Part shown: positions 1 to 10,296 of the stretch, piece by piece | Layout of the letters: each line of letters opens with the position of its first letter | Position numbering within the stretch: position 1 is the first letter of the stretch | Assembly: GCA_048940645.1 (NCBI GenBank) | Contig: JBHLOI010000007.1 | Span: forward strand, 32,001-96,000 | Length of the DNA stretch: 64,000 bases | Source: Promethearchaeota archaeon | Lineage (GTDB): Archaea > Asgardarchaeota > Lokiarchaeia > Sigyniarchaeales > SOKP01 | Direction of reading: 5' to 3' | Notes under the pieces: model-generated | What the model was told of the DNA's origin: nothing | Seen by the model: the letters and a program-made list of their open reading frames with translations, nothing else | Databases searched by the model: none | Program-made: the position numbers and the translations under genes

Positions 1-1239
1 GCTGAAGGATTTGGCATGCTAAGATCTATTATTGCTGATTTTAAGAATTTAGATTATGAAATTGAAACTCTTTTAGATTTTAGAATCCATTTTTTATCAA
101 GGTATTTAAACGCTGACTTCATTAACATTATCCAAAATTCAGATAATTTTTGTGCTAAATTTAAGGAATGTATTAAAAAAAGTAAATTTTGCTTTATTAT
201 TGCTCCAGAATTCTTAAATATTCTTTTTAACCTTACAAAAATTGCATTAGATAACGATAGGATTGTTTTAAGTGTTGGTTTAAAAGGGATTATATTGGGT
301 TCTTCAAAATTAAAAACCTATAATTTTTTAAAAGAGAAGAAAATTTGCACTCCAATAACTTTTTTAGTACCTTATAAACAAGGTAGATTTGATATTGAGT
401 TCATAATTAGAAAACTGAATGAATTTGATGCCCCAATCATAATAAAGCCTGAAGATGGAGTTGGAGCAGAATCAATCTACTATTTTGAGAATGAAAGTCA
501 AATTATAAAGTTTTTCAATCAATCTACAGATCTTTTTGACTATTCCAGAAGATATATCCTACAAGAATTCATTGAAGGTGTTGACTTGAGTGTTTCAGTA
601 ATAGGAAATAACAATCCAAATAAATTATCTAAGAGCTCTCCAATCATAATAGGTATTAATCATCAACATATTGTCATAAAGGATTCCCATCACGAGTCAA
701 AATATTTGGGAGGTTATACACCCGTAGAGAATTGGGAAGATATAGCGCTCTCTTTAAAAAAGAATTTCGAAAAGCTGAATTTTTCATACTTTAATGGATA
801 TTTTGGTATAGATTTTATCCAAAAACAGGAGAAATTATTAAGTTTCGTCGAGATCAATCCAAGATTAACCACTTCATATATAGGAATTAGAAATGTTGTT
901 AGACAAAACTTAATGGAAATTATCTTAAATTTTGATGAAAATGATTTTGATTTATACAAAAATAAATTCCGTAAATTTTCAAAATTTGGTCCTTTAAATC
1001 TAGAATATACTGGAATAGATTCTTTTGAAAATGTGAGTAAAATTATCATTCCTAAAATGATAAATGATCTTCCTGAAATAGTTACACCCCCAATAAAGCT
1101 TAATAGTGATGATAAAACTCAAAAAGATTATTATATTTGTTTTATTGCTACAAAAACTAAAGATCTTCCCTCATCTGAAAGGAGAATTAACAAGATTAAA
1201 AAGGTATTAAAAAAGAATGAATTTAATATTATTAAATAG
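1..1239 (+). CDS. mfnD: ATP-grasp ligase, tyramine-L-glutamate ligase (MfnD)-like; probably 5'-truncated by the window edge
   Basis: Frame open from base 1 (AEGFGMLRS); IIAPE, IIKPEDGVGA, LQEFIEG, GIDFI and EINPRLTTSY motifs. Confidence 0.7.
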   Translation, partial: AEGFGMLRSIIADFKNLDYEIETLLDFRIHFLSRYLNADFINIIQNSDNFCAKFKECIKKSKFCFIIAPEFLNILFNLTKIALDNDRIVLSVGLKGIILGSSKLKTYNFLKEKKICTPITFLVPYKQGRFDIEFIIRKLNEFDAPIIIKPEDGVGAESIYYFENESQIIKFFNQSTDLFDYSRRYILQEFIEGVDLSVSVIGNNNPNKLSKSSPIIIGINHQHIVIKDSHHESKYLGGYTPVENWEDIALSLKKNFEKLNFSYFNGYFGIDFIQKQEKLLSFVEINPRLTTSYIGIRNVVRQNLMEIILNFDENDFDLYKNKFRKFSKFGPLNLEYTGIDSFENVSKIIIPKMINDLPEIVTPPIKLNSDDKTQKDYYICFIATKTKDLPSSERRINKIKKVLKKNEFNIIK

Positions 1240-2080
1240 ATAAAGCTAATATAATTGAAAATCCACCGTAATGTATCAGTAAAGAGATAATCAATGCATT
1301 CTCAACTTTTAAATGCTTATTTATGATTAAATTATATGTTAGAAGCCATAATGCCCATACTTGAAATATGATCATTAATACATTATCCAAAATACTTATA
1401 ACCGAATAATCTAATAGATCTAATTCCTTAAATATGTAATGAATTGCTAAATATATTATGGTTGGATAAAATATAAGACTAAAAGACAATAACAATTTAA
1501 TAGAATTCTCACTTTTCTTATAAAAGAGACGACAGATTAATTCATTTATACAATAATATAGTAGAAAGTTTATAATAAAAAACATATTAAAAAATATCTG
1601 TAAACTTAAATTACTTGTTTGAAAAGATTGGAATAGATTGGTAAAAAATAATAAGATTGGAAATAAGTCATTTAAGTTACAAAAAATTAACCCCAAAATT
1701 AAAAGGCCTATCGAAAAAATAACCGTATAGATTTTATAACCTTTCTCATAGTTAATAATTTTTTTTGGAGTTAAAAACATTAAACTTTTTAATATAGGAG
1801 AATTGAATTCTTTTTTTGAGAAATCGGGAGAAATAATGCTTTCAATACTATCTTGTAATGAATCATAAGCATGCTGCCCTAATTCTGTTAAATAATACTT
1901 CTTATCTTTTCTTTGTTCAATTAATTGAGACAATGCATCTAAATGATGATAAATTGTACCAGTGCTGACTTTTAATTGTTTTTTAAGTGTAGTAAAAGAA
2001 GAAAATCCATTGTCCCCAATAATTTTTATAATTCTTCTTCTAAGATCATGTCCTAATGCGTAATAAAAGTTGGATTCCAA
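1232..2080 (-). CDS. Winged-helix (ArsR-like) regulator fused to a multi-pass membrane domain
   Basis: N-terminal ALGHDLRRRII...STGTIYHHL...YYLTELG wHTH, then about 5 hydrophobic helices; start uncertain. Confidence 0.75.
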   Translation of the reverse strand: MESNFYYALGHDLRRRIIKIIGDNGFSSFTTLKKQLKVSTGTIYHHLDALSQLIEQRKDKKYYLTELGQHAYDSLQDSIESIISPDFSKKEFNSPILKSLMFLTPKKIINYEKGYKIYTVIFSIGLLILGLIFCNLNDLFPILLFFTNLFQSFQTSNLSLQIFFNMFFIINFLLYYCINELICRLFYKKSENSIKLLLSFSLIFYPTIIYLAIHYIFKELDLLDYSVISILDNVLMIIFQVWALWLLTYNLIINKHLKVENALIISLLIHYGGFSIILALSI

Positions 2081-2130
2081 ATTTCCAGAATCATTGTTAT
2101 CTAAATTTTCTTTTTCGTTTTCTTTAATTT

Positions 2131-2553
2131 TTAACTCCCTTCTTTGGATTTTTCTTTTGTTAAAAGGATATTTAAATTATGAAAAAAGATAAGAATAGCA
2201 CCTGCTATAGACATATAAAAACCAATACCTGCGCTCTGGATATAAGCTATCTCTTGAGGAATTAATTCAAAAATAAAAATCAAAAAGAAACCAAATCCCA
2301 CAAAATTAATGATTACCGAATTTATTCGATATTCTAATTTAAAATATATTAATAAAGTAGCTATTAAACATATACTACCACTGATTAAAGGAAATAGATA
2401 TAAAAATGCATTTGAAATATCCACAGATATAGCTATTAAATATCTCTCCATTAATGAGTATCCAGAAAACCACGAAAAAAACTGAGATATAATCAATAAA
2501 ATTGACCCTGTTAGCCCTAACAACCTATAATCAAAATTAGATTTGATGTTCAT
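2131..2553 (-). CDS. Small 4-TM membrane protein
   Basis: Four hydrophobic segments; directly upstream of the wHTH gene on the same strand. Confidence 0.7.
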   Translation of the reverse strand: MNIKSNFDYRLLGLTGSILLIISQFFSWFSGYSLMERYLIAISVDISNAFLYLFPLISGSICLIATLLIYFKLEYRINSVIINFVGFGFFLIFIFELIPQEIAYIQSAGIGFYMSIAGAILIFFHNLNILLTKEKSKEGS

Positions 2554-2673
2554 ATACCATTCTCGATATTTGATTTTTCATACATAAACATTCAAATAGT
2601 ATAAAAATAAATATTAATATTAATTTATTTCTTAATTCTCAACTCAAAATTAATTGCTGTTTTTTGAAAAATC

Positions 2674-3999
2674 ATGTCTGTTCAAGAAGAACAAGTAGAT
2701 ATGGATTCAGTCGCATTGTTCGATTACTTAAAACAAGAAATCCCAGTCGATGATTTGAAGAATTATGCCTCCCCAAAACGGATTCGAAGCATAGATTTCG
2801 TAAAAGGATTAGCTATAGTCATGATACTCATGGCTCACACAAGCAGTGCCTGGTTAGATAGCCAATGGATATATCTTTATGGGATGATGTACGCTCTACT
2901 TGATTTTCTCGGACCCTCCCTGTTTGTGTTTCTTTCAGCTCTTAGTGTTATCTTTAGCGTCAAAAGAAAGCAAGGCGTTGTACCAGATAAAGTTATTAGA
3001 AATGGGATTGTTACCCGAGGTATCGTCATAATGGTGATAGGGATATTGTTTAATCTTCCAACGGTTTTCCTTTTTAACAAACCAGACTGGATTTGGAACT
3101 GGAATATCTTGGTATTCATTGGTTTTTCACAGATTGTCTCACTTTACGCTTTAAAGTTAGGTAAAGCGACAAGAGGAATTATCGGGACCTTCATTATTTT
3201 TACATCGGATGCAATAAGACAATACCTTTTTGATGGAAAAGTAGCTGGGAATACATTCCTCTCAATTATTCATTATATTGTAGTTTCACCAGCTCCAATG
3301 ACGCCTTTAATTCCGTTCTTATCCATATGCTTTATTTCAACTATTTTTGGTGAATATCTCTATGCTGCAATGATTGACGGAACTAAACAAGCCTATACAG
3401 TTCTTTTTAGAATATTTCTTTTCTGGGGTATTTGTCTTATTGGTTTGGGTATGATCTATCCTTTTATTCTTGGAACCCCCTTACAAACAACTGCAACTTT
3501 ATCTGCTGTAGATTATCCCTTTTTAGACTTGCTTAGATTAGCAAACTCTCAAACATTTACGAGTTTTAAATTTCCTGGAATGCCTGATTTCTTAATTAGA
3601 GGCAGATCCTCAAACATGTGCTATAATTTAGGATGGGCTTTACTTATAATTGCAATCTTTTTTTACTATATCGATATTAAAGATAAAGATAATAGTTTTA
3701 TTAGGATGCTTGTATATTATGGTAAAGTTTCTCTAAGTCTATTTCTTGTACATTGGGCATTTATTAGCCTTTTCGTAGGTTATTTTAATATCTTGTTCTT
3801 TATATTTATATGGCTTGGTTTCACTGGTTTAATGGGCTTTTTGATGTACATTTGGATAGAGTTTGCAAATGGGGTTGGAAGTCCTGAATGGATAATGGTA
3901 CAAATCAGTAGAATAGGGCAAAAAACAACACATGCAGTAAAAAAAGAAACACATCTCATTGTAGAGAAAATTAAGAAAGAACATGAGGATAAATCCTAA
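2674..3999 (+). CDS. DUF1624 / heparan-alpha-glucosaminide N-acetyltransferase-like membrane protein
   Basis: RIRSIDFVKGLAIVMILMAH, PSLFVFLS, GKVSLSLFLVH motifs; about 10 TM. Confidence 0.8.
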   Translation: MSVQEEQVDMDSVALFDYLKQEIPVDDLKNYASPKRIRSIDFVKGLAIVMILMAHTSSAWLDSQWIYLYGMMYALLDFLGPSLFVFLSALSVIFSVKRKQGVVPDKVIRNGIVTRGIVIMVIGILFNLPTVFLFNKPDWIWNWNILVFIGFSQIVSLYALKLGKATRGIIGTFIIFTSDAIRQYLFDGKVAGNTFLSIIHYIVVSPAPMTPLIPFLSICFISTIFGEYLYAAMIDGTKQAYTVLFRIFLFWGICLIGLGMIYPFILGTPLQTTATLSAVDYPFLDLLRLANSQTFTSFKFPGMPDFLIRGRSSNMCYNLGWALLIIAIFFYYIDIKDKDNSFIRMLVYYGKVSLSLFLVHWAFISLFVGYFNILFFIFIWLGFTGLMGFLMYIWIEFANGVGSPEWIMVQISRIGQKTTHAVKKETHLIVEKIKKEHEDKS

Positions 4000-4236
4000 T
4001 TAACTATAACTCTTTTTTCTTATAAGTAAGAGTAATAATGTATAGAAATTTTAAACAAAATACATACAACTAATATTCGATATCGGATTAAATGCTTTCT
4101 AGTCGCATTTAATGCTAAACATATAAATACCTATAATATAATATATCAAATATACAAAGGCATTTTTGTATTTAATAAAAATATAAGGCCTAGAAGTAAC
4201 CATTTTTATAACTTAACTTTAAAAATATTGATTAAA

Positions 4237-4761
4237 ATGGAAAAGGATACATTTAAATTTAAGATTACTCTTTTTGGGGCGGGTGGAGTTGGTAAAACCT
4301 CCCTATTGATTAGATATATAAAGGATTATTTTAATCCAGAATTGAAACAAACAATCGGTTCAAATTTTTTAATAAAAGATGTAGAAATTGAAAATACAAA
4401 TGTTAGATTACTCCTTTGGGATATTGGTGGTCAGGAACAATTTAGTAAGCTTCGACAAATCTATTTCAAGGGGAGTAATGGGGCTTTCGGCGTATATGAC
4501 GTTACAAGTCAACCTTCCTTATTAAAACTTCCTGGTTGGATAAGTAGTATTAAAAAGTCAGTAAAAAAGTCAATTCCAATGATAATAGTTGGTAATAAAA
4601 CCGATTTAGAACGCCAAGTAGAGAGATCAGAGGCAGAAGATTTGGTAAAAAGACTTAATTGCTGTGATTATTTAGAAACTTCTGCTAAAACAGGAGAAAA
4701 TGTAGAACCAGCTTTTAAAAGGATTGCACAAGCATGTTTAGAAAGTGTGAAAGAAGAGTAA
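4237..4761 (+). CDS. Rab-like small GTPase
   Basis: G1 GAGGVGKT, G2 TIGSNF, G3 WDIGGQ, G4 NKTD, G5 ETSAK; no C-terminal prenylation motif; ATG 4237 preferred over TTG 4228. Confidence 0.95.
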   Translation: MEKDTFKFKITLFGAGGVGKTSLLIRYIKDYFNPELKQTIGSNFLIKDVEIENTNVRLLLWDIGGQEQFSKLRQIYFKGSNGAFGVYDVTSQPSLLKLPGWISSIKKSVKKSIPMIIVGNKTDLERQVERSEAEDLVKRLNCCDYLETSAKTGENVEPAFKRIAQACLESVKEE

Positions 4762-4788
4762 TAATTATGCTGTAGTTAATAATGATGC

Positions 4789-5412
4789 CTATTTTAATTT
4801 GATACTATAAATTTGAAGATCTTTTTTTAATTTTTCAATATTGCTAAATCTGAGTGCTTTTATTCCAGCTTCCTCAGCAGCTTTGACATTATTTAAACCA
4901 TCATCAATGAATAGAATTTCTTTTGATTTACATTTTGCTTTTGCAATAGCTAATTGAAATATCGCAGGATCTGGTTTAGTCATTTGAATTTCATGCGATA
5001 GGATAAAATCATCAAATAAATTCCATATATCCCAGTTTTGTTTTTTTAAATATTTCCAATGACTCACATTAATATTTGACATACACATTAATTTTACGTG
5101 ATTAACTTTCTTAATAGTTTTTATTAAATCCAGCATTTCCAAATTGATGTCTGCTATAATACTGTTAAAAGCATTATAGAAGGCTTTTTGATCCAATGAA
5201 CATACTTGAAGTAACTCACATGCTAATTGATAAAATTCCTCTTTAGTTATTTTACCCTGATGAAATGTATCAGATTGACGGAAAAATTCCAACATTATGG
5301 GAGTGCTTGTTTTATTTAATGGAGATGGAGTGATAACTTCATTAAAAAACCGACTGAAATCAAGCTCTACAATAACTCCTCCTAGATCAAAAATTATACA
5401 TTTAATTGCCAT
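4789..5412 (-). CDS. HAD family phosphatase (YihX-like)
   Basis: FDLGGV, SN, KPDPAIF, FIDD motifs. Confidence 0.9.
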   Translation of the reverse strand: MAIKCIIFDLGGVIVELDFSRFFNEVITPSPLNKTSTPIMLEFFRQSDTFHQGKITKEEFYQLACELLQVCSLDQKAFYNAFNSIIADINLEMLDLIKTIKKVNHVKLMCMSNINVSHWKYLKKQNWDIWNLFDDFILSHEIQMTKPDPAIFQLAIAKAKCKSKEILFIDDGLNNVKAAEEAGIKALRFSNIEKLKKDLQIYSIKLK

Positions 5413-5435
5413 AATATTCTCAATTTAGATAAAAA

Positions 5436-7496
5436 TTATTTTCTAAAAGATACTTTTGTTGAAAATCTGCGAAATGGTCTAGGAAGTTTGTATTTCGGAG
5501 CCCCCTTCGTTTCCTCTTCAAGTATTTCTATTAATTCACTTACCTTTATATTATTTATTTGCTCTGAAGTTGCTTTTTTTGGTCCAAAAGGCTTACCAAT
5601 TAATCTCTTTCTTATTGAAATTGTTTTATTTGCTTGTTCTTTTTTACCTACTATAATTGTATATGGAATCCATTCTACTTCTGCTTGTCTTATCTTTTTA
5701 CCAACAGTTTCTTCGCGATCATCAAAATCTACGCGAAATGATTTTTCACTTATAAGATTTAATAGCTTTTCAGCATAATCATTTTGTTCATTACTTACAG
5801 TAATAATTCTTATTTGAATAGGCGATAACCATGTTTTAAAACCTGGAACTAATTTGTCTTTATTTCGAACTGCAGATTCAATAAGCCCCCATAAAACTCT
5901 TTCTATACCTCCCGTCGGAGAATTATGTAATATCATAGGATGCTTAACTTTACCATCGGCATCTATAAACGAGATATTATATTTTTGTCTCTTTTTTCCA
6001 TCTGTATCTATCATATAGTCTAAACAACTTTCCACGTCTATCTGATTTGTAGCTAATGTTGCATCTTTATTTTCAGCAGAAAGGACATTTCTCTCAAGTT
6101 TTAATATATAATAATAATACCTTTCGTCCCATAATTCTAATAAAGCTGGAGCATCTTCTGATTTTATTAAATTCATTATCCAGTCTTTATTCTCTCTATA
6201 AAAATCTTTTGTAGCTCTAAATATCACATAAGTTTTCACTCCTAAGTCTTTTTCAAGACCCTTTATTAAAAAATATTGTTTTTTAAATTCCTCTATTGCA
6301 GAATCTAAATCTTTGCATAAACTATGCATATCCGGCATTATAAAAGCACGTAACCTCCGCAACCCAGTGAGTTCTCCTTCTAATTCCCGTCTAAAAGCAT
6401 ATTGTTCCCATTCATAAACCCTTAGAGGAAAGTATTGAGGTCTTAAGTTCATTGATGAGAATAAATCAAATAAAAGAAAATCCGAAGCATATCGTAGTAA
6501 ATATCTATCACTTCCAGACTCAAGCCAATAGCTTCTAGCTGGAAATCTTGCTGTTTGAGCAGTTAACTTTTTATTTTTAACTGTGTACATTATTGGAGTA
6601 TCAATAAGTATCGCTCCATAATCGATTAGCCTATCCTCAACGAAATTCTTTATCAAATTTTTCATTATAACTCCTTTCGTATACCATCTTAAATTTCCAG
6701 CATCGGTATTTGGGTCAAAATCAACTAATTCAAATTCTTTCATCACTTTGATGTGAGCAGGTTCTATTGATTCATCCACCCTCCTGGATCCAAGTTCAGA
6801 TCTTAGAAACATATAGAAATCTTGATCTTCAACTTCCTTAAACGGAAGAACATTATGTTCATGATCAAATTTTATATCTAATTCATTACCTGTAGGGGTG
6901 ATTACTTTGAAGATGGAATTTTTTATTTGTTCTTCAGGGGTAATCGCCAATTTTACATCTCTATACATTTCAGCTACTTCATGTCCAATGCAGGAAATTT
7001 CGAAAGATTTATACCATCCAAAAGGCGAGAATTTTGCTTTAATGCCTTTTTCACCTAAGAAATCAGCTATTTTTGGGCATACTTCCATAGCAGCTGCTTC
7101 ATTACTAAGAAATTTGCTTAAATGAGCCCAAGGATAAACTAATACCTTATCAACTTGGTACATTTTTCTATCCTTAATTAGTTCGACAAGTTTTCTTTTT
7201 TTTCCTTTAATCTTTCCTTGTTCGATCTTTTTATTGTGCTCTCGTATCTCTTCATTCTTTTCTCTAATTTTCTCTGGAAAATTTGTTATTTGGATTATAG
7301 CTTCTTCAATTACCTCAGCTCCCTGCTTTGAAATCAAATCTGTATCATAAGTATCCTGATCTTCAACTGAAACATAAGCAACAAGAATTAAACCCTTCAT
7401 CTCAATTAAATCTTCTGGAAAATCTTGTGGTTCACTTGTGGCAGGTTTGTTCTTAACAACTTTTACGCCATCTGAATGAATTAATAAAATTTTCAT
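5436..7496 (-). CDS. thrS: Threonine--tRNA ligase, archaeal type
   Basis: MKILLIHSD editing domain with YPWAHLS and PFGWYK; FRRE...GLRRLRAF.MPDMH; C-terminal anticodon-binding domain. Confidence 0.97.
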   Translation of the reverse strand: MKILLIHSDGVKVVKNKPATSEPQDFPEDLIEMKGLILVAYVSVEDQDTYDTDLISKQGAEVIEEAIIQITNFPEKIREKNEEIREHNKKIEQGKIKGKKRKLVELIKDRKMYQVDKVLVYPWAHLSKFLSNEAAAMEVCPKIADFLGEKGIKAKFSPFGWYKSFEISCIGHEVAEMYRDVKLAITPEEQIKNSIFKVITPTGNELDIKFDHEHNVLPFKEVEDQDFYMFLRSELGSRRVDESIEPAHIKVMKEFELVDFDPNTDAGNLRWYTKGVIMKNLIKNFVEDRLIDYGAILIDTPIMYTVKNKKLTAQTARFPARSYWLESGSDRYLLRYASDFLLFDLFSSMNLRPQYFPLRVYEWEQYAFRRELEGELTGLRRLRAFIMPDMHSLCKDLDSAIEEFKKQYFLIKGLEKDLGVKTYVIFRATKDFYRENKDWIMNLIKSEDAPALLELWDERYYYYILKLERNVLSAENKDATLATNQIDVESCLDYMIDTDGKKRQKYNISFIDADGKVKHPMILHNSPTGGIERVLWGLIESAVRNKDKLVPGFKTWLSPIQIRIITVSNEQNDYAEKLLNLISEKSFRVDFDDREETVGKKIRQAEVEWIPYTIIVGKKEQANKTISIRKRLIGKPFGPKKATSEQINNIKVSELIEILEEETKGAPKYKLPRPFRRFSTKVSFRK

Positions 7497-7611
7497 TATT
7501 ATCTTGATTATTTAATTAATTATGAAATCCCTAACAAAAAATTCTAAATATTTGATAATTTATTATATTTAAAATTCAAATTAATTATTACTAAAATAGT
7601 TATCTATTAGA

Positions 7612-8235
7612 ATGAATCTTAAAAATATTTTTTCAGAACTCATACTAGCATTAGATAAATTAGATCTAGACCGTGAAGAAATATTAAAAATTTCTCGAAC
7701 AATTATTCGCGATTGTAGTATTGCAATTAAAAATATTCATAGAAAAGAATATGAACAATATCATGAGAAATTAACTAATATTAAACTTGTTCATGAAAAA
7801 CTCGTTTCAATTGTAAAAAATAATCCTGGAGCATTTTTTAAGTACTTAAAAACTCCTGAACAAGAATATGCTGAAGCAATAACCTTCTATTCAATTATAG
7901 CTAATAAAGAATTACCCAACCCTAGCGAATTGAATATCAATCCATTGAATTATGCATTCGGTTTAGCCGATGTTATTGGAGAATTAAGAAGATATGCATT
8001 AGATAATATAAGAAATTCACAGATTCAAGATTTGAACAAAATTTTAGAAATAATGGATGAAATTTATTCTTATTTATTTGCAATAGATTATCCTTCTGGA
8101 TTAACTCAGGATCTAAGACAGAAAACCGATAGAGCAAGAAGCATAATCGAAAAAACGCGAGGAGATATTTCGATTGCTCTACAAATGAATGAATTAAAAA
8201 TATGCATAGAAAAGAATGTCAAATTTAATAAATAA
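7612..8235 (+). CDS. Translin/TRAX (archaeal C3PO)-family RNase
   Basis: REEILKISR, QEYAEA, GLADVIGELRR, LRQKTD motifs. Confidence 0.9.
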   Translation: MNLKNIFSELILALDKLDLDREEILKISRTIIRDCSIAIKNIHRKEYEQYHEKLTNIKLVHEKLVSIVKNNPGAFFKYLKTPEQEYAEAITFYSIIANKELPNPSELNINPLNYAFGLADVIGELRRYALDNIRNSQIQDLNKILEIMDEIYSYLFAIDYPSGLTQDLRQKTDRARSIIEKTRGDISIALQMNELKICIEKNVKFNK

Positions 8236-8262
8236 AATAGAAAAATCTCTATAACGATACCA

Positions 8263-9822
8263 ATGCCATTTGAAACTGAAAAAATAAAACATGAAAGCAA
8301 GATAAATTATGAGAAAGCATGGCTTGAGACTAAAAACCTTTTGAAGTTAAAAGGCAAATATTTTAATTTAGTGAAAAAGGGGAAAAGCCACATTGTAAAT
8401 GACTTTATCTTTGATGTCAGGAAAAAAATTCTCTCTCTAGGATTTGAAGAATTAGTTTTACCAATGTTTGTCGAGGAAAGTGAAATTTATAAGCAATATG
8501 GCCCAGAAGCTGCTTTAATTCTCGATAGATTATTTTATTTAGCGGGTTTACCTCGCCCAGATATTGGAATTTCAAATAAAAAAATTAATTTTTTATTGAA
8601 AATAATTCCAAATTTTAACAAAATTGATGAACTAAAGAATATCTTTAGAGCATATAAAAAAGGAGAAATTGAGGCTGATGATTTAATTGAAATTTTTATT
8701 GAAAGGTTGAATGTTGAAGAGACTGAAGCCACCGAAATTATTGATAAAGTTTTTCCAGAATTGAAAAATTTAAAACCAATACCTACAAAAACTACTCTCA
8801 GAAGTCATACTACGGCTCTATGGTTTTTAGTATTAAATGAATTGCAGAAAAAAAAGCCCCTTCCACTTCAATATTTTTCAATTTGCCCTAAATTTCGTCG
8901 AGAACAAAAAATTGATGCAACTCATCTATACTGTTCTAATACTTTATCTTTAGTTATCATGGCAGAAGAAATCTCCTTGGAAGATTGTCAGAATATAGCA
9001 TCTGATATATGTGAAAAAATGGGGTTTAAAAATAATAAATCAGATATTAAGAAAGCTACATCAAAGTATTATGCTCCTCAAACTGAGTTTGAAATATTTG
9101 TAGAACATCCTAAAACTAAAGAATGGATTGAGATTGGAGACGGAGGATTTTATTCTCCTGTAAGTTTAGCACAATATAATATTCAGTACCCTGTTTTTAA
9201 TATTGGTTTTGGTGTTGAAAGAATTTGTATGATAAAAACTGAAATTGAAGACATTAGAAAATTAGTATATCCTTACTTTTATGAAGATATTGCATTTTCA
9301 GATGAAGAAATCAGTAGATCTATTAACTATAAATATATACCATTGACTGAAAAAGGGATTGAAATCAAAAATGCAATTTTACAAACGGCATTGAATAGCA
9401 AGGATGAGAAATCTCCTATAGAAATTAAGGTTTGGGAAGGAACCATAAAAAATAAGAGGATTGCTGTATTTATATGGGAAAAAGATAAAAATGTAAAATT
9501 GTTAGGCCCTGCCTCCCTTAATAAGATATGGGTACAAGATGGAAATATTATTGGATTACCTCCAAATGAAATTCCTGAAAATGCAATCAACACAAATAAA
9601 AATTATCTTGAAGCTATCGCTTCAGAAATGGCTTATAATATAGAAATTTTACTAGATCAAAATAAAACTTCTTATGAACATAGAATAAAAATGTGTTATC
9701 GTGCTTCTGAAGTGAATTTAGAGGTAAATGATGTTGTACTAGAATATATTCACTCTAGACAAAAAAAAATTGATATTAGAGGCCCCGTTTTCATCGGTCT
9801 TTCATTTAATGTAATTGAATGA
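8263..9822 (+). CDS. sepS: O-phosphoserine--tRNA(Cys) ligase (SepRS)
   Basis: YKQYGPEAALILDRLFYLAGLPRPDIG, TLRSHTT, FRREQKIDATHL, SKYYAP, YSPVSLAQY, GFGVER, DIRGPVF. Confidence 0.95.
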   Translation: MPFETEKIKHESKINYEKAWLETKNLLKLKGKYFNLVKKGKSHIVNDFIFDVRKKILSLGFEELVLPMFVEESEIYKQYGPEAALILDRLFYLAGLPRPDIGISNKKINFLLKIIPNFNKIDELKNIFRAYKKGEIEADDLIEIFIERLNVEETEATEIIDKVFPELKNLKPIPTKTTLRSHTTALWFLVLNELQKKKPLPLQYFSICPKFRREQKIDATHLYCSNTLSLVIMAEEISLEDCQNIASDICEKMGFKNNKSDIKKATSKYYAPQTEFEIFVEHPKTKEWIEIGDGGFYSPVSLAQYNIQYPVFNIGFGVERICMIKTEIEDIRKLVYPYFYEDIAFSDEEISRSINYKYIPLTEKGIEIKNAILQTALNSKDEKSPIEIKVWEGTIKNKRIAVFIWEKDKNVKLLGPASLNKIWVQDGNIIGLPPNEIPENAINTNKNYLEAIASEMAYNIEILLDQNKTSYEHRIKMCYRASEVNLEVNDVVLEYIHSRQKKIDIRGPVFIGLSFNVIE

Positions 9823-9844
9823 ATATTAGAAAATAGGTTTTAAA

Positions 9845-10288
9845 ATGAAAAAAAAGGTATTGATTGCTGGAACATTCGATATTATTCATGCAGGTCATAT
9901 CTACTTGATTAATGAAGCTGCTAAATTAGGAGACGTTTATGTTATTGTAGCTACAGATAAAAATAGAGCATTATATTCGGGAGTTGCCCCGATTGTTTCA
10001 CAGGAGCAAAGACTTGAAGTTGTAAAAGGTATAAAAAATGTAAAAGAAGCTAGATTAGGAAGAAGCGATAATGATACTCTTAAGACAGTTGAAGAGATTA
10101 ATCCAGATATTATTTTATTAGGTCCAGATCAAAAGTATGATCTTAATACTTTAAAAGAAGGATTAAAAAGAAAAGGATTAAGCCATATAGAAGTAAAAAG
10201 AATGAAATCATATTATGATAAATATGCATTGCATTCTTCTAGTTTAATAAAAAGGAAAATTATTAAGACTCACAAAGAAAATAAATAG
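9845..10288 (+). CDS. ribL: Archaeal FAD synthase
   Basis: GTFDIIHAGH cytidylyltransferase motif, LGPDQ; adjacent to ribK. Confidence 0.85.
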   Translation: MKKKVLIAGTFDIIHAGHIYLINEAAKLGDVYVIVATDKNRALYSGVAPIVSQEQRLEVVKGIKNVKEARLGRSDNDTLKTVEEINPDIILLGPDQKYDLNTLKEGLKRKGLSHIEVKRMKSYYDKYALHSSSLIKRKIIKTHKENK

Positions 10289-10296
10289 TTGCATAT

